A DNA stretch of 64,000 nucleotides from Phoronis australis (lineage: Eukaryota > Animalia > Phoronida), in assembly GCA_002633005.1 (NCBI GenBank), contig NMRA01000190.1:611157-675156 (forward strand), in the 5' to 3' direction. Within the stretch, counting starts at the first letter, position 1; every line of letters starts with the position of its first letter. Under the pieces are notes generated by a model that saw nothing but the letters and a program-made list of their open reading frames with translations, ran no database searches and was not told where the DNA came from. A program made the translations under genes and the position numbers. This document shows, piece by piece, positions 39,801 through 52,861 of this stretch.

Positions 39801-41168
39801 ATGGGCTCATCACAAGGCAAGACGCACTGAACGAATTTGTAGTTAACTAGTAGTAACTGCAGTACGAATTCTCTAGTTTTGGACAGTGAAAAATTAATTA
39901 CTTTACTTGGTCAATACAAAACGTACTAGTGTCCCATATTTAAGAAATGTGATACCGTAAATGCCTTAATTGTCCAGGCCCCGATCTTCAGAATCAAGAA
40001 AATTCCATTTGTATTTCAAATAACATCAGGTCTCATATGGTTCCAGCCAAACCATGATTCCAACACAGCATGCCCTGGCCGAAGACATGCGTGGAAATCA
40101 TCCGCACAGAAGACGCCTTAGACAGCACTAGCTATCAACAAGCAACTTGTCCAGATTTACCCAGTGAAGAGTAAGGACGGGCAAAGAATGGAGCTGCAAG
40201 CTGTGTTGGCTGGACAATACTACACCTGTTGTTTTATACTAGGTTCACAGGAGTAGTGAAAACATTAGCGTTTTACCCAGACAGACAAGCTGTCAACGAA
40301 GCGAAGCGGTCATTTTCTCCAGCTTTAGTTTATTTCCCCTCCACTAGAATTGCTTTTAGAGAAAATTGATGCCAAAAATCATAGATTGATTAATGCAATG
40401 ACAAACAAAGGCCTCTTACCCCTGCACATGTATGTCCTTTGACTAAGCACTCAGGCTACAAAAGTGCTGGTGAAAGCGCTAAGTGACAATTATCGTAATT
40501 GTTTTCAAGAGTGCCAGCAAAAACTGAGCGTTTTAGTCAGTTTGTGAATGGAAATAGGGTGAGCTAGTTTATGGGACACTTTTCTTGATAAGCTTCCAAT
40601 AACAAGTCATCACAGACACACTCAGTGGCACAGAGCAATGACATGAATTATGGAAATATTATGGTTAAGTTTCACAGTGTCTCATAACTTTTTGTTAATT
40701 GTTTGGATCAAAGTGTTAGGGCTGTCTATTTCTATTTTATTGAACATCTAAGTTAACAGTCCAATCAAATTGTTTTGACTGACATTATAAATCAATATTA
40801 GTTAAAATCAAGTACCTACTGTACCATCACACATCACTTACGAATACAACTACAAAAAAGAATTATCAGTAAGAATTTTATCACACTGAGCTTAAAGAAC
40901 AGCAAGTGACCTGCAACTTACATAGTACATTACACAAAGTCAATACAGGCACAAGTAGGGCAATTCTTCTGAGGATATGGAATTCATTCTTTTGGTGACA
41001 GAGAATTCGTTGTATGACTGTTAACTGCTGTTCACTGAATGAATTTCTCTCACTACAGGGGCACTTAAAAACGACTGGCGCCATTTGCAATCATCTTAAG
41101 ACGAGCCAAAAAGCCTACAATTATGGGTGAATCTATGTGTTAGTAGTGTTGATTTGGGGAATTTCAGT

Positions 41169-41470
41169 AGTGTTCTCAACAGGCTTTTAGAGCATTGGTG
41201 GCCCCAAGCTCAATTATAGAATTTTTGATGACCTATTTTGACTACAGCAGTGCTTTTACGCAGTCTCTACACGTAAAATGAGGACTCAACATAAGTCACA
41301 TTTTTTTCAAATCAAATGCACTGCACTTTTCTAACTTGGACGAAAATGAACACAATGAAATTTGAACCCAGAACACAGTAGCCTCTCAAGGCTGGTGACA
41401 TTGATAGCGTCCCATCGTTACCACCTCTCCCCACCGGGGCTCATCCTTAACGCTGATGAGAACACTGCTC
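41169..41470. mobile_element. Possible hAT-like MITE
   Basis: Short TIR tagtgttctca / tgagaacactg; no clear TSD. Confidence 0.35.
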
Positions 41471-43079
41471 AGGTAGTAGCAACAGAAATTTAACCAAAGC
41501 TCACAGAAAGCAAACATAGGATGTGACCATTAAAACTTACTGTCCCTTTCCACTGTGTAGACTAAAAATGTTAACAGACAAATTCATTAGGCAGGCATCA
41601 GCAAGACTATGCAGCAAACAATTTTAACAATGGCTGAGATAACAATAACGCCCATAGGACATAGTATATAGAGACCTTATTCCTCAATTAATTAAAATTT
41701 CAAAGTGTAAAGAATTATATAGTGACTTAGTCACCAGATTAATGGGTTGGGGCATGAAAACTTGTGAAGAAATCTTGAAAACAGGTTTGTTCTTCAGTAA
41801 AGAGAAATTTTGTAATTTCTAAATCATATCAGTAACTAATCTTTAGTAAGCTAGACTAAAGCGTATATTCCCCTAGTTGGAAGTATTTCAGAAAATTTCC
41901 AAATAATCATTTTACAGCAAGGGGGGAGGGGGCAGTTCCACTACTCAGTTAGTCCAGACATTTTCTCTGTTATCCCACCAAATTTGAATGGAATACACAT
42001 AACGAATCTGCCGTTGAAACTTCATCTGCACCCAGAAGCCATGCTACAACCCTTGCAATACATAGTGCACTGATGTGTCATGCTGTTGGACCACAATGCT
42101 GTATAGTGCATTCCAAATACTAATGTGAGAGACTGCATCTCAGTTTGTGAAAGACACTGTCATCAATTTTTCATTTCAAATTTGTTTGATGCTATCCGCG
42201 GTAACGACACACCTGGGGTACATTCGTTTATAGATTAGAAGTTTGCAAGTTAAGCGAAATCCCGCAAGACTTTAACGTAAGATCTTACTAATGTTGTAAG
42301 AGAAAGTATGCAAACAAACAATGTCCAGATAATAACAAAATGGATGCTATGTATAGGTAAAAGCGAATGGACAAGTAAGATGGAGAGTTGAATCATGGAA
42401 GCAAACACACACAGAGCTCGCTATTTCTTGCTGCTTGTATCTTGCAAACGACTACGTCTCTGTGAATGCACTCCAGGTCAGTTTAAATTTTAGTAACTAA
42501 GTAAGCATTGTATTTTCTGTACAGTATTCGTTCCGATTTCTGCATAAATAAATCACGATGCAACGGTTTTGACAAACTCTTGAGAGCTATTACCATTTTG
42601 TTGATGTACTCCTCTTCTGGTCAACGTACATAGCTGAAAACATACGACTTCTTTGGCTGTATTTTTACAAGAAACGGCACAAAACTATAGGCCTACTCAG
42701 TGATTTAAGCTGCAGTGTTTTGGTCGCCATATTGGGGTTCGGCTCAAAAAAGGTCAACCAATACGAACTGGCTCAGGTAACCGGAATATTGAAAGTTAAA
42801 TTGATAATAAGGATTTTTCAGCATACAAAATTACACCAAATTCTATCAGATACAGCACAGTGAATTGCCAAATATATATCAAACGAACGGGAATTCAAGA
42901 AACGGATTCCCGACCCTGTTAAAAATTCGGAATAACTCATTTCACGCCCGGGTTAGCAGGTTAGAGAATTTGATGATTGGAAAATTTACGAAATGTCCTC
43001 CCTTTAGTGTCATTGGAAGAGGTAGTCTGTTCTGAACCGACATAGTTTGTATACATTACGCGAGTAGTGAAAAACTTAC

Positions 43080-43200
43080 CTTGGAAAATAATAACTTTAC
43101 TCAAATCCGAACGTCCCAAATGCGGAACACTTTACAACCGTCCACACACGCTAGACGGCCTGCCAATCATTTCAATACGAACACCTAATTGGCTGTTCTT
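43080..43200 (-). promoter_or_regulatory. Probable non-coding first exon and promoter of the delta-catenin gene
   Basis: Strong donor AAG|GTAAGT at 43080/43079 in a CpG-enriched patch, with CCAAT at about 43163 and ATTGG at about 43188. Coding exon 1 has an acceptor upstream of its ATG, so an upstream exon is expected. The TSS is not determinable. Confidence 0.5.
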
Positions 43201-43533
43201 TTGGTTTCATATACTCCCTGATGTTTTAGAGCGTTTATGGGGTAGTTTGTGAAAAGACAATACGTTGTGGACGACCTTTTGTGTTAAAATTTTAAACCAT
43301 AAAATTATTTATCGTATGTTTATTTTCTCGAAGGTGAATCCATCATTTAAGTTGAATTCTGTGCTAAGTCCCGGGTTCAAGACAGTTACACTTAATAATA
43401 CAAGACAACACAAGATGTCACTATATGTCCATGAAAGCAAACGAAACGTTTCCCCGGCGGTCGAGGCTGAGGCTGTTAGTTAGGCTGGGGCTTTACCAGA
43501 GCGAGACTGGTAAAGCCTTGCCAAAGGCGAAGG

Positions 43534-43700
43534 CAGAAGCGGATCCAGGATTTTGAGTTAGGGGGGGGGCACGGCAGAGTATTAGCCAGGATTTTGCCCC
43601 TTCAGACATTCGCATTCCCCAACTGCCCGGCACATGGAATCTGTGTGAATTTTAGGGCAGGGGGCATGGACCCCTTGGCCACCCTCTAAATCCGCCACTG
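43534..43700. mobile_element. Short GC-rich MITE; a related end lies at about 63585-63618
   Basis: gcggatccagga...aaatccgccactg termini with G-runs; related tcctggatccgcccctg near 63603. Confidence 0.45.
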
Positions 43701-44799
43701 GAAGGTCTCTTCGGTCAGCTATAGGCTATATTGACTATAAGCAGTTCAACTGATCCGATTTCTTGTGGATCACCTGAATCTTTCCATTCTTACATGTTAC
43801 TCCCATGAACTGAGTGACTTTTGCACAAACAATTTGGGCTGGGGTAGCCTACGAGCGATAAACAGAAAACCAGTGACCTTTTTTGTTTAGGGCCTCGTAG
43901 GTGTCACAACGACTACCTGTTGCAACATTCTTTCCTCCCGTTTTAGACACTGCACACTATATAAAACTAAATTCTTCGTTGAAAATTGATTTTCGATTTC
44001 AATTTTGAACGGCAAAAATCGCCGTTAACTACAACCGAAGAAAAGATATACAACGTCAACTTATTCACGGCTGAATCACAATCAAGGTCCATATTCGAGA
44101 GTTGACTGTGTTACGGTCTAAAATCAATTTTTTGGTCACTTACCAAATGTCAACTGAATCTCATATGCAAAGAGGTACTTAGTTGTGCAAATTAAAAAAG
44201 AATCATCAAAATGGGACAATGTTTGAGAAATTTATGCATGTTTTTGTCTATGGATTCCATGCATTTTTAGCATTACGAGTGGCCATTTTAAAAATTACAA
44301 TTTTCAATTGTCAACAGTAGAAAAGACATTTATTTTATCAAGCAAGCAATTGCTTAGATATGACTGGGAATAACTTGAGTCATTTTCAGAATCACTTAGA
44401 TGAAGCTGTGCTTAATCATTGAGAAATGGTAAGGTTCATCATAAAACAGGCACTGGTTACGAAATTTGTAAATTCTGTGTTTCTAACCCTCACCTACAGT
44501 AAATAAGGTTAAAAACTAAAGTTCACACTCTGTAATAAAAAGAACTACAGAATATGTTAGCCTAGGCAACACAGTAAATTATTCAATATCTAAACAAACC
44601 AAAAGTTTAGATATTGACTGGGTTCTGCTATGTTCGAGTTGAAAATGGGCCAAAAAGGCAAAGAAAATGTAGTGTACTTACCCCCATGTGAAATTCAGTA
44701 ACACAAATGGCCATTACAAATGAAATTATTGCCTTTCAAATAACAACATGGTGCTTATTATCATCAAAGAAAAATAAATGGCCATACAACATTATGTTA

Positions 44800-45500
44800 C
44801 CATGTGATGCAGAAACAGTGATGTATTGTACGTAAACCCCCTTGTACTGTACGTACCCCGTGTTTACAAATGCCATGAAATTAAAATATCACTTGGTAAG
44901 TGAGCAACACTGGTCATAGACAGTTTCCTTCCTTAAAAATGTTAGGTTAAAAGGGTGTTTATTGAAATTTGTTTTGAGTGAAATATTAGCATCTTTTTAG
45001 TGTACGTAACTCTATATTTTTATTAATGCCTATTTTCAAAGTTCGGCAGATATGCACATGAATGCTGTACTTTTTATTTTTTCTCTTTGAATTGATTCGG
45101 TAAATCAACTAACTCTCAGTAGATTCTTAGTATTTAGTTACAAACCTGACATGTCATTGAAATGTAGTGCACGTAACCCTGTGTAGTGTACGTACCCCGA
45201 TGTGAACAAAAACCATGAAACAAAAATATTACACTGTAAGTAAGCAACATTTGTCACAGACAGTTTCCTCCATTAAAAATACAAGGGTGTTACTTACAAA
45301 TACATTTATTTTGAATGAAATATTAGCATTTGTGTACGTACCCCTATATTTTAACATGTGCCTGTTTTCAAAGAATGGCACAGATATGCTCATGTATGCT
45401 GTACTTTTTATTTGTTCTCTTTGAATAGATTTGGTAAATGAACTAACTCTCAGTAGATTCTAAGTACTTTTCATAAACCTGACAAATCATTGAAGTGTAA
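44800..45500. repeat. Diverged ~340-bp tandem duplication with gtacgtaccc motifs, probably inside a DNA transposon running into the gap
   Basis: About 44845-45185 aligns by eye with about 45185-45500. Confidence 0.6.
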
Positions 45501-46770
45501 TGCACCCTCCCTCTGTGCTATAAAGTATTCCCCATAAGTATTTTTACATACTGCTGTTCTCATGAACAATACTGATATTTCCAAAATGAATCCAGTCTGA
45601 CAAAAAACAATGGACATTATTAAATTTGTGGGCAATAAAATGCCACACATAACTTGGCTAGTACTTAACATCCTAGAAGACACGTCATGTGACAACTGAT
45701 GTTGCAGAGGCAGGTTCTCTATCTCTCAAGACAACTTGCAACAAAACAACAAGTAGAGACAGCACAAAACTCGAGACCATATATTTGTAACTTAGTCAAA
45801 AGTTGACGTTGATTGACTGCGCGTAGTGTACGTACNNNNNNNNNNNNNNNNNNNNNNNNNNNNNNNNNNNNNNNNNNNNNNNNNNNNNNNNNNNNNNNNN
45901 NNNNNNNNNNNNNNNNNNNNNNNNNNNNNNNNNNNNNNNNNNNNNNNNNNNNNNNNNNNNNNNNNNNNCGTGCGCCATTGAAAATTTGAGCTAGATTAGA
46001 CATTCGAGGTACCAGCTAAAACTGGTTTTTAAAACGAACAATAGTACCACAATAAACACCGAATAACCCATGGCAGACAAATTGCACTCTGGTAAAGGGT
46101 CCGCCAGAAACCCCAAAAGACCCCCAAAATTGAACTAGCTCATACATTTGAGCAGGAAAAGATAACCAGCCTGGTTATCTCTTCCTGATTTGAGGTACCA
46201 CAAAAAACAACTCCATGTCATTCAATATATGTCACTGATCGCTAAATGCGCCTTGACAGACAAAATAAATCCTGGATTGTGCTCACCAGAAACCCCCAAA
46301 AATGTCAACCACCGCATGTCATTAAAAATTTGAGCTAGATTAGATATTCGAGGTACCAGCTAAAAATGAACTGTCTCCTTGCTTAACATCAATAATAGCG
46401 TCACACAGACTGCCAATTGGATGATGTAGAAAAGTAAGCATTTGTGGAAAATACCAAGGAACACTAAAACTTTGGGATATCAGGAAATGTCAAAAAACAA
46501 CCCATTAAGTGATGACTAAGACCGCAGCTACAGTGGCACAATGAAGTATAGAAACTGTTTTGTTTTTTCCATTTCGATCGAGCGGGAAAATATGGCTATG
46601 TCGCAAGGGAAATTATAATAGTATATGATAGTATGTCCATTTAGCCGTGCGTCAAAAAGCGAGACATTTGGAGGTGTCTGCCAAGTGGAAAATATACAGT
46701 ACGCTGTCAGCAACATGAAGTACTGGATTGGGTTCTTTTACAAGGTAAACTTTTAATTTTTTTAATTTTT

Positions 46771-47020
46771 CATGCGCGCACCCAGGAGAGGGGGGGCTCG
46801 GGGGGCTCGAACGAGCCCCCATTTGGCGAAGTGCACAAAAAGGTCCACCCCTGAGAGACAAAAAGTCCGAGAAAATGGAACAAAAGTCCACCAAATAGGC
46901 GCAAACGCGCACTTCACAGTGGTGCTCCCATTTTTTTTTTTTCTAGACCGCCCGCTGTTTTGTTAGGAAAAGGTCCACAACGTCAAGAATTCCCCATATT
47001 GAAGGCTGGGTGCGCGCATG
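46771..47020. mobile_element. MITE family with CATGCGCGCACCCAG TIR, copy 1
   Basis: 15-bp TIR catgcgcgcacccag / ctgggtgcgcgcatg; aaaaggtcc sub-repeats. Confidence 0.7.
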
Positions 47021-47977
47021 ATTTTAGCTGACGGGTGAAGCCAAGTACTACAGATAACAGTAGGTGTAGGTAAATACTACAGAATAACAAAGTTACTAAA
47101 ACACACCTGTTGTTTGGGCCTAAACTTTTCATTTAGGACAAATGTAACTTTTCTCCGTAAAACAACGTAACACAAATTTAACACCCAAAAATGTCTTGTT
47201 GAAAAACTCCTGGTATGCAGAACGGGACATTTAAGGACAGTTTAGCAACCTTCCTCCGAATGGCAGAAACACGTATATAGACCATTTCTGAGAAAACATT
47301 TGTTGTCTGACATGGCGACAAACTGTATTCGCCTTTTTACAGTGGTACTATGGCATCTGATCATTCACGGGATTCTCAAGGTTCCTATGAAGAGGTCGGC
47401 ACGCTTTTTACCTCCCACTTAGCCAACTCAAATGGCAATGCATTGATCAGGGCCTCTGACACGGATGTCAGTGTAATTGTTGGGTGGCTATTGAAAGCGT
47501 TGTGATGACTGACTATTCATTTCTAGATAATTTTGATTAAAGAAGATTTTTTAAAAACACGTCTGTTGGTTTCCTTTAAAAGCATTGTTTAGTAGTCAAC
47601 GTAATGAAAGGACTCTTTGGAAACATTTTTCATCCTCGATCTAACGCAAATTTAGGAGCCATGTGTTGTCGCTGAAGTATATCTTTCCTGCTGGCAGTTT
47701 CGATAGCTCTCTAGCTTCAGTCTTAATCATCACTCAACTGATGGGTTGGTTCTTTGAGTGGTCAGTCACTGAGATGTTGGCACCTCGTTCATCTATGCTA
47801 AGTGCTCTGGACTGCCGATCTGAACGTGAATTGATTCACATTACAATGTACTGAGGGGACGGTTTCTTGCAGCGGCCTGTAGTGCCGAGCGAAAGACCGC
47901 TTGTCTAGTCGGCAAACTCAGGTCACGTAGACCCCGCCTTTTCTGTTCATTTCTCGACGGTACCCACTCGGGCGCAG

Positions 47978-48140
47978 CATGCGCGGCGCACCCAGAGGGG
48001 CTCGGGAAGCCCCCAAAGTGGCGAAGTGGGCAAAAAGGTCCGCCCCCGAGAGACAACAAGTCCGAGAAAATGGGACAAAAGTTCACTAAATAAGCGCAAA
48101 GAGGTGCTCCCAGTCATTGTCGAAGGCTGGGTGCGCGCAT
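47978..48140. mobile_element. Same MITE family, copy 2
   Basis: catgcgcggcgcacccag...gaaggctgggtgcgcgcat; internal similarity to copy 1. Confidence 0.65.
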
Positions 48141-49011
48141 CAGTGAAGGGGGGGGGGGGGCTATGGCTATGGCCCCGTCTTTTTTCAGTGCCCATAGCCA
48201 TGGGCGGTTGCAACACGCATGGGTAGTAGGCCTACTCATAGTAGCACACGATTGCCACTGCGAGTCCACTGCAGCCGAGGTTCGCATCAGCCGGCCACTG
48301 GAAGACCCTCCCTTACTTAGTGTGCTCCCGGGTGTATTCGTTTTATTCCGTATTTACCCGGAATATCTCGGGTATGTCCGTAAACTCAAAAAGTTCGGAA
48401 ACCAATACGTCACTTGACCCATTACCCCTTTTCACGGTCTCTGCTATCACTGTGGTCTCAAAAAGCAACATATTTCAAATAAAATTATTGAAAAGCTTTA
48501 AATAATCGAAACACGTAATTTTCCGAATACTTAAACAGGTTACGGAAGTACCCGAGGTGTCTCGGAAGGGTGCGTTTCTCGCAATCGCCATATTGTTTTA
48601 TTGCGGCAAGACCTTCACTTAGGAGTAAGTTATAAGGTTTAGTTTTGGCCGTTAAGCACCATTCAAATATTTTTTTATATCCTCTGTACACAGGTGATCT
48701 CTGTGTGGTGATCGAATTGGACATGTTTTGAGAAACTGGAGTTAAGTGCTTAAAGGCCGGGAAAGTATTCATATGATTCGTTTCGACTTCTTTCATTCTC
48801 TGCCAATCCAATCACACAACGAGTTTCGCATAGGCTATCGCGTTGTGGGTCTACACAGCAAATTGATGAGTATATACAGTGGAGGTATTTAGTGGCGGAT
48901 GGTGAAAATTTTCAGATTTAACTAAAATTACGTTTAATTGCTGGAGATCATGACCCTGTAGCGAGCCACGAATAGCTTCATAATCGTATGTATTGTAGTC
49001 AAGGGTGTAAG

Positions 49012-51944
49012 TAGGCATCTCCCTGGATGCCGCAGGCCTACAGGGGCGATAGTACATCCCCACAAAAAGTTACTCATTTCGAAATACAGGAAATATAATC
49101 AAATGAAACATGCAATGTTGCACATGGAGTTGTAAACAACCCATACCATAAGTCTGGAGACGATTCAGTCAAGATAATTTGAACAAGTCGATGAAAATCT
49201 GTCACGGTTTGCTCGAGTTTCTCTTACCGGGTGCCATTTTGAGTAGGGAGGACAATCAAAAAGTAGGTCACGGTGCTCCATATCTGCCTCCGTGTAAAAC
49301 CCACGTCGGTAAATTACCCGATTCCAGATTTTAAAGTTAACTATAAGGCAATTTTGTGTTATAAATCATTACCTTAGATTTTATTTGTAAGTCTGTAATC
49401 TTTTTGTCTCAAATTATCGCTGATAAATCATTTTTTGTAAGCTTTTTGTAGCGCACGATTTTCCGCCATGCGATCAACTTTCGAAAAAGTACCTCTTGTT
49501 CCTCCTATCCAAAAGACCACTATACTCTCAAATACAAACATGAAATTTGGACAGGATGTAGTTTAGATGCGTGCGCATCTCCTCAAGTTGTTTTCTCGAA
49601 GTCAAGGCCAAGTTTTCATGGCGAGTTTTCGATCGTCCGGAAGGCCTAATTTTGGTCGGTCGGGAGATTGATGTTTTTCCAGTTGAGGAATTTATCACTC
49701 TTTTAATTGGTAATTATTTCATTTTCAGAAATTCTGTCAAACTGCTGCGCATTGGCACTTTTCAAACAGCAGTCGTTAGTTCACTAAGTCGCCGCATGTC
49801 AGCGCCACCAGCGGCTACGTTGAAGTTCAATGGCATCGCAACTTCACNNNNNNNNNNNNNNNNNNNNNNNNNNNNNNNNNNNNNNNNNNNNNNNNNNNNN
49901 NNNNNNNNNNNNNNNNNNNNNNNNNNNNNNNNNNNNNNNNNNNNNNNNNNNNNNNNNNNNNNNNNNNNNNNNNNNNNNNNNNNNNNNNNNNNNNNNNNNN
50001 NNNNNNNNNNNNNNNNNNNNNNNNNNNNNNNNNNNNNNNNNNNNNNNNNNNNNNNNNNNNNNNNNNNNNNNNNNNNNNNNNNNNNNNNNNNNNNNNNNNN
50101 NNNNNNNNNNNNNNNNNNNNNNNNNNNNNNNNNNNNNNNNNNNNNNNNNNNNNNNNNNNNNNNNNNNNNNNNNNNNNNNNNNNNNNNNNNNNNNNNNNNN
50201 NNNNNNNNNNNNNNNNNNNNNNNNNNNNNNNNNNNNNNNNNNNNNNNNNNNNNNNNNNNNNNNNNNNNNNNNNNNNNNNNNNNNNNNNNNNNNNNNNNNN
50301 NNNNNNNNNNNNNNNNNNNNNNNNNNNNNNNNNNNCAGAGTATTATGCAGGATTTTACCCGTAAGATATTTGCACTCTCAAACTGCCAAATGAAATATGG
50401 GAGTTTTAGGGGGGCCACGGGCCAGGCCCCCTTGCCCCCCCAAATCCACCAATATGATCTTGTGATTTGATGTGAAATTTCCTCCTAGCTCAGATGTATT
50501 TATTTCTGCGCTGATGTGGTGTCTTTGCTCTTTACCTTTTAAGCTGTGTAATCCATTGTTTTCATCGAACATGATGAGCCTGTTCTATATGCTATAACAA
50601 CACACTTAAACAGCAATATCTCTGTAGAAATCGATCCATAATTTATGTAATACACACCACCATGTTTGTCTCAATGAGATTCATGAATCTTTTTATATGC
50701 AGCACATGTATATTCTTTCATTTTTTACGAAATTAGGTAAAAAGGCAGATATTTTATGCATTATCGTCGCGTTTCAACAGCCATTTTCTCGTCAACCGCT
50801 CATCCAATTTTTCTGATTTTTGCACCATTTCATTTCTCACACCAAGGGCTTTTCAAAAATGTATGACACACGGGTATAATTGTATAAAAAAATTAAAAAA
50901 CGTCCTCCCTATTTTGAGGAAGTTACGTGAAATCAGGCATGTTGATGAATAACACACAAATCTTGCAAATTTCACCTGATACCTTATGCTATTTTTCAAG
51001 TGACGCGCGCTTCGCTCAATCTTGCGCTAGCCTTTGCCTAACTCACGTGACTCAGTTGACATACTTTGTGGTTATTGCGCGCGTGGTGAAAAAGTTAACG
51101 GCAACCAAAAAAAGTGGAGTTGGAATTCTTCGCCAAAGTCACCTTAATTCTCACAACTAAACTTCATCGAAGATATGTATACAAGTAGAAAGGACCAATG
51201 AAGTGACAATTTTAAGTGTGGAATGTTTTTTTGACGAGGGGCTATGTGTTGCCTATGGTGTAAGTAGGCAACATGTAGCCCCTCGGTTGGCTGGTTAGGG
51301 ACTACAATACTTCCCATCGCTTTCTGTACGCATTTTGTCCCGTGTATTTTAAACGGGTGGTAGGCCAAATCCGGCCACCGATTAAAAGTTTTCACCTTGT
51401 CAAAAATACATTCTACACTCAAAACTATCACTTAAAAATGAGCTTACTTTCTTCAGTGATCCTTTCTGCTTCTACACATATCTTCGATGAAGCATACCCA
51501 CTAGAATTAAGGTGACTTTGGAGAAGAATACCAACTCCACTTTTTGGTCACCGTTGACTTTTTCTCCACGCTCGCGATAACCACAAAATATTTCAACTGA
51601 GTCACATGAGTTAGGCTAAGGCTAGTACGAGACTGAGCATAGCGCGTGACCTGGCGCATGACACTTGCAAAATAGAATAGGAAGATATCTTGGACTTTTT
51701 GTTCGTTAATAGCCGTGATTTCTCGTAACTTCCTCAAAATGGCACCCGGTGAGAGATTTTCGTGGATGTGTTCAAGTTATGTTGACCAAATTGTATTCAG
51801 GGTCATGGTATGTGTTAATTATAACTCCATGTGCATTTATGCATGTTTCTATTTTATTTGCTGTATTTTGAAATGCGTAACTTTTTATGGGGATGTACTA
51901 TCGCCCGTGTATGCCTGCGGCGTCCAGGACAATGTAATTGCCTA
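49012..51944. mobile_element. Mutator/MULE-like composite element with long TIRs and a 9-bp TSD
   Basis: GGGTGTAAG at 49003-49011 and 51945-51953 flanks termini TAGGCA...TGCCTA. Diverged inverted repeats of about 230 bp (49012-49253 vs 51733-51944). Spans an N gap; no transposase visible. Confidence 0.75.
50911..51740. mobile_element. Fold-back element (imperfect palindrome, arms about 330 bp) nested in the MULE-like right TIR
   Basis: attttgaggaagttacg.../...cgtaacttcctcaaaat; the arms align through aaagtcaccttaattct and cttcatcgaagatatgt. Confidence 0.75.
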
Positions 51945-52652
51945 GGGTGTAAGCCTTGGTGCAAAGCTGTATACTAGATATACAGCTTTGTGTCGATGTG
52001 GCTAAGAATCTGGCCAAATATAATTTGATACAAAATTAGTCATTAAAAAGTACTCTATTCCTTGAGTAAACTAAATCGTTTACCGGTGTTAGAAAAATAG
52101 GTGTTTACCATTCTATCTCAGTGGAAGTGAATGCTGTACCAAGATATGGTCCGTTTTGCGCACTTTTTATTGTTACTTGGGTAAGAAATACATGCCAGCG
52201 AACAGTAATTAAGGGGGGGGAATGTCTCTCCAAATCAATTTTAGTGCTTTCCTCTGAAATGTCAAATTGGTAAATGTAAATAGCAACGATGTCGTTATTT
52301 TAAATGTTATGTATTGGTGTCCATGTGGCTTTGAGGTGCTTCTGATAATTCCAGGATGCTATTTGTCTCGTAACCTTGCTTTGATAAAGAACCCTTGTAA
52401 GTTGCAACGTAAAAGATGAGATGGACATTTTCGTGAGGGGAATATGGAATTCAGATAATGTATACTATTTTACCAGTGTGTGCCTGGTACTTAAAATATA
52501 TTGTTTTGTGATCTTTTTTGTCAACTTGCATGTGCCTCAACTACCCAAATAATGTTGTCATTGTTATTAAGATATTTACTTGCAAGATTTGGGTTCTAGT
52601 GAACGTATTGCTACAATAAGTTCAATTTTGTGCATTACCAGGTTGACACACC

Positions 52653-52861
52653 ATGAGTCGTTTTCGTGACTGGAAGCTGGAGTGCAAGGTGTATGTAGGT
52701 GATCTTGGCAACTCGACAGAGAAAGAAGACTTGGAACGGTTGTTTGAGGACTTCGGCCCACTGAGGAACGTTTGGGTGGCCCGCAGTCCCCCCGGTTTTG
52801 CGTTCGTGGAGTTTGAGAACAAAAAAGATGCAGAAGACGCTGCAGCTGAACTTGACGGAAC
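52653..52861 (+). CDS. SRSF3: SRSF3-like coding exon 1 (RRM); exon begins at 52642
   Basis: Acceptor ccag|gttgacacaccATG; donor AC|gtaagt. Confidence 0.93.

Noticed and set aside
49215-49245. ATG GCA CCC G|gtaag as the first exon of a hidden minus-strand gene (mirror copy at 51739)
   Set aside because: Both copies belong to the TIRs of the MULE-like element, and no downstream exons were found.
49571-50470. Long ORFs of 187-299 aa (also 45719-46003)
   Set aside because: They exist only because runs of N translate as X.
51100-51560. Two Kolobok/piggyBac-like ends at TTAA sites (51143, 51507)
   Set aside because: The inverted homology continues on both sides of the TTAA, so these are internal to one fold-back element.
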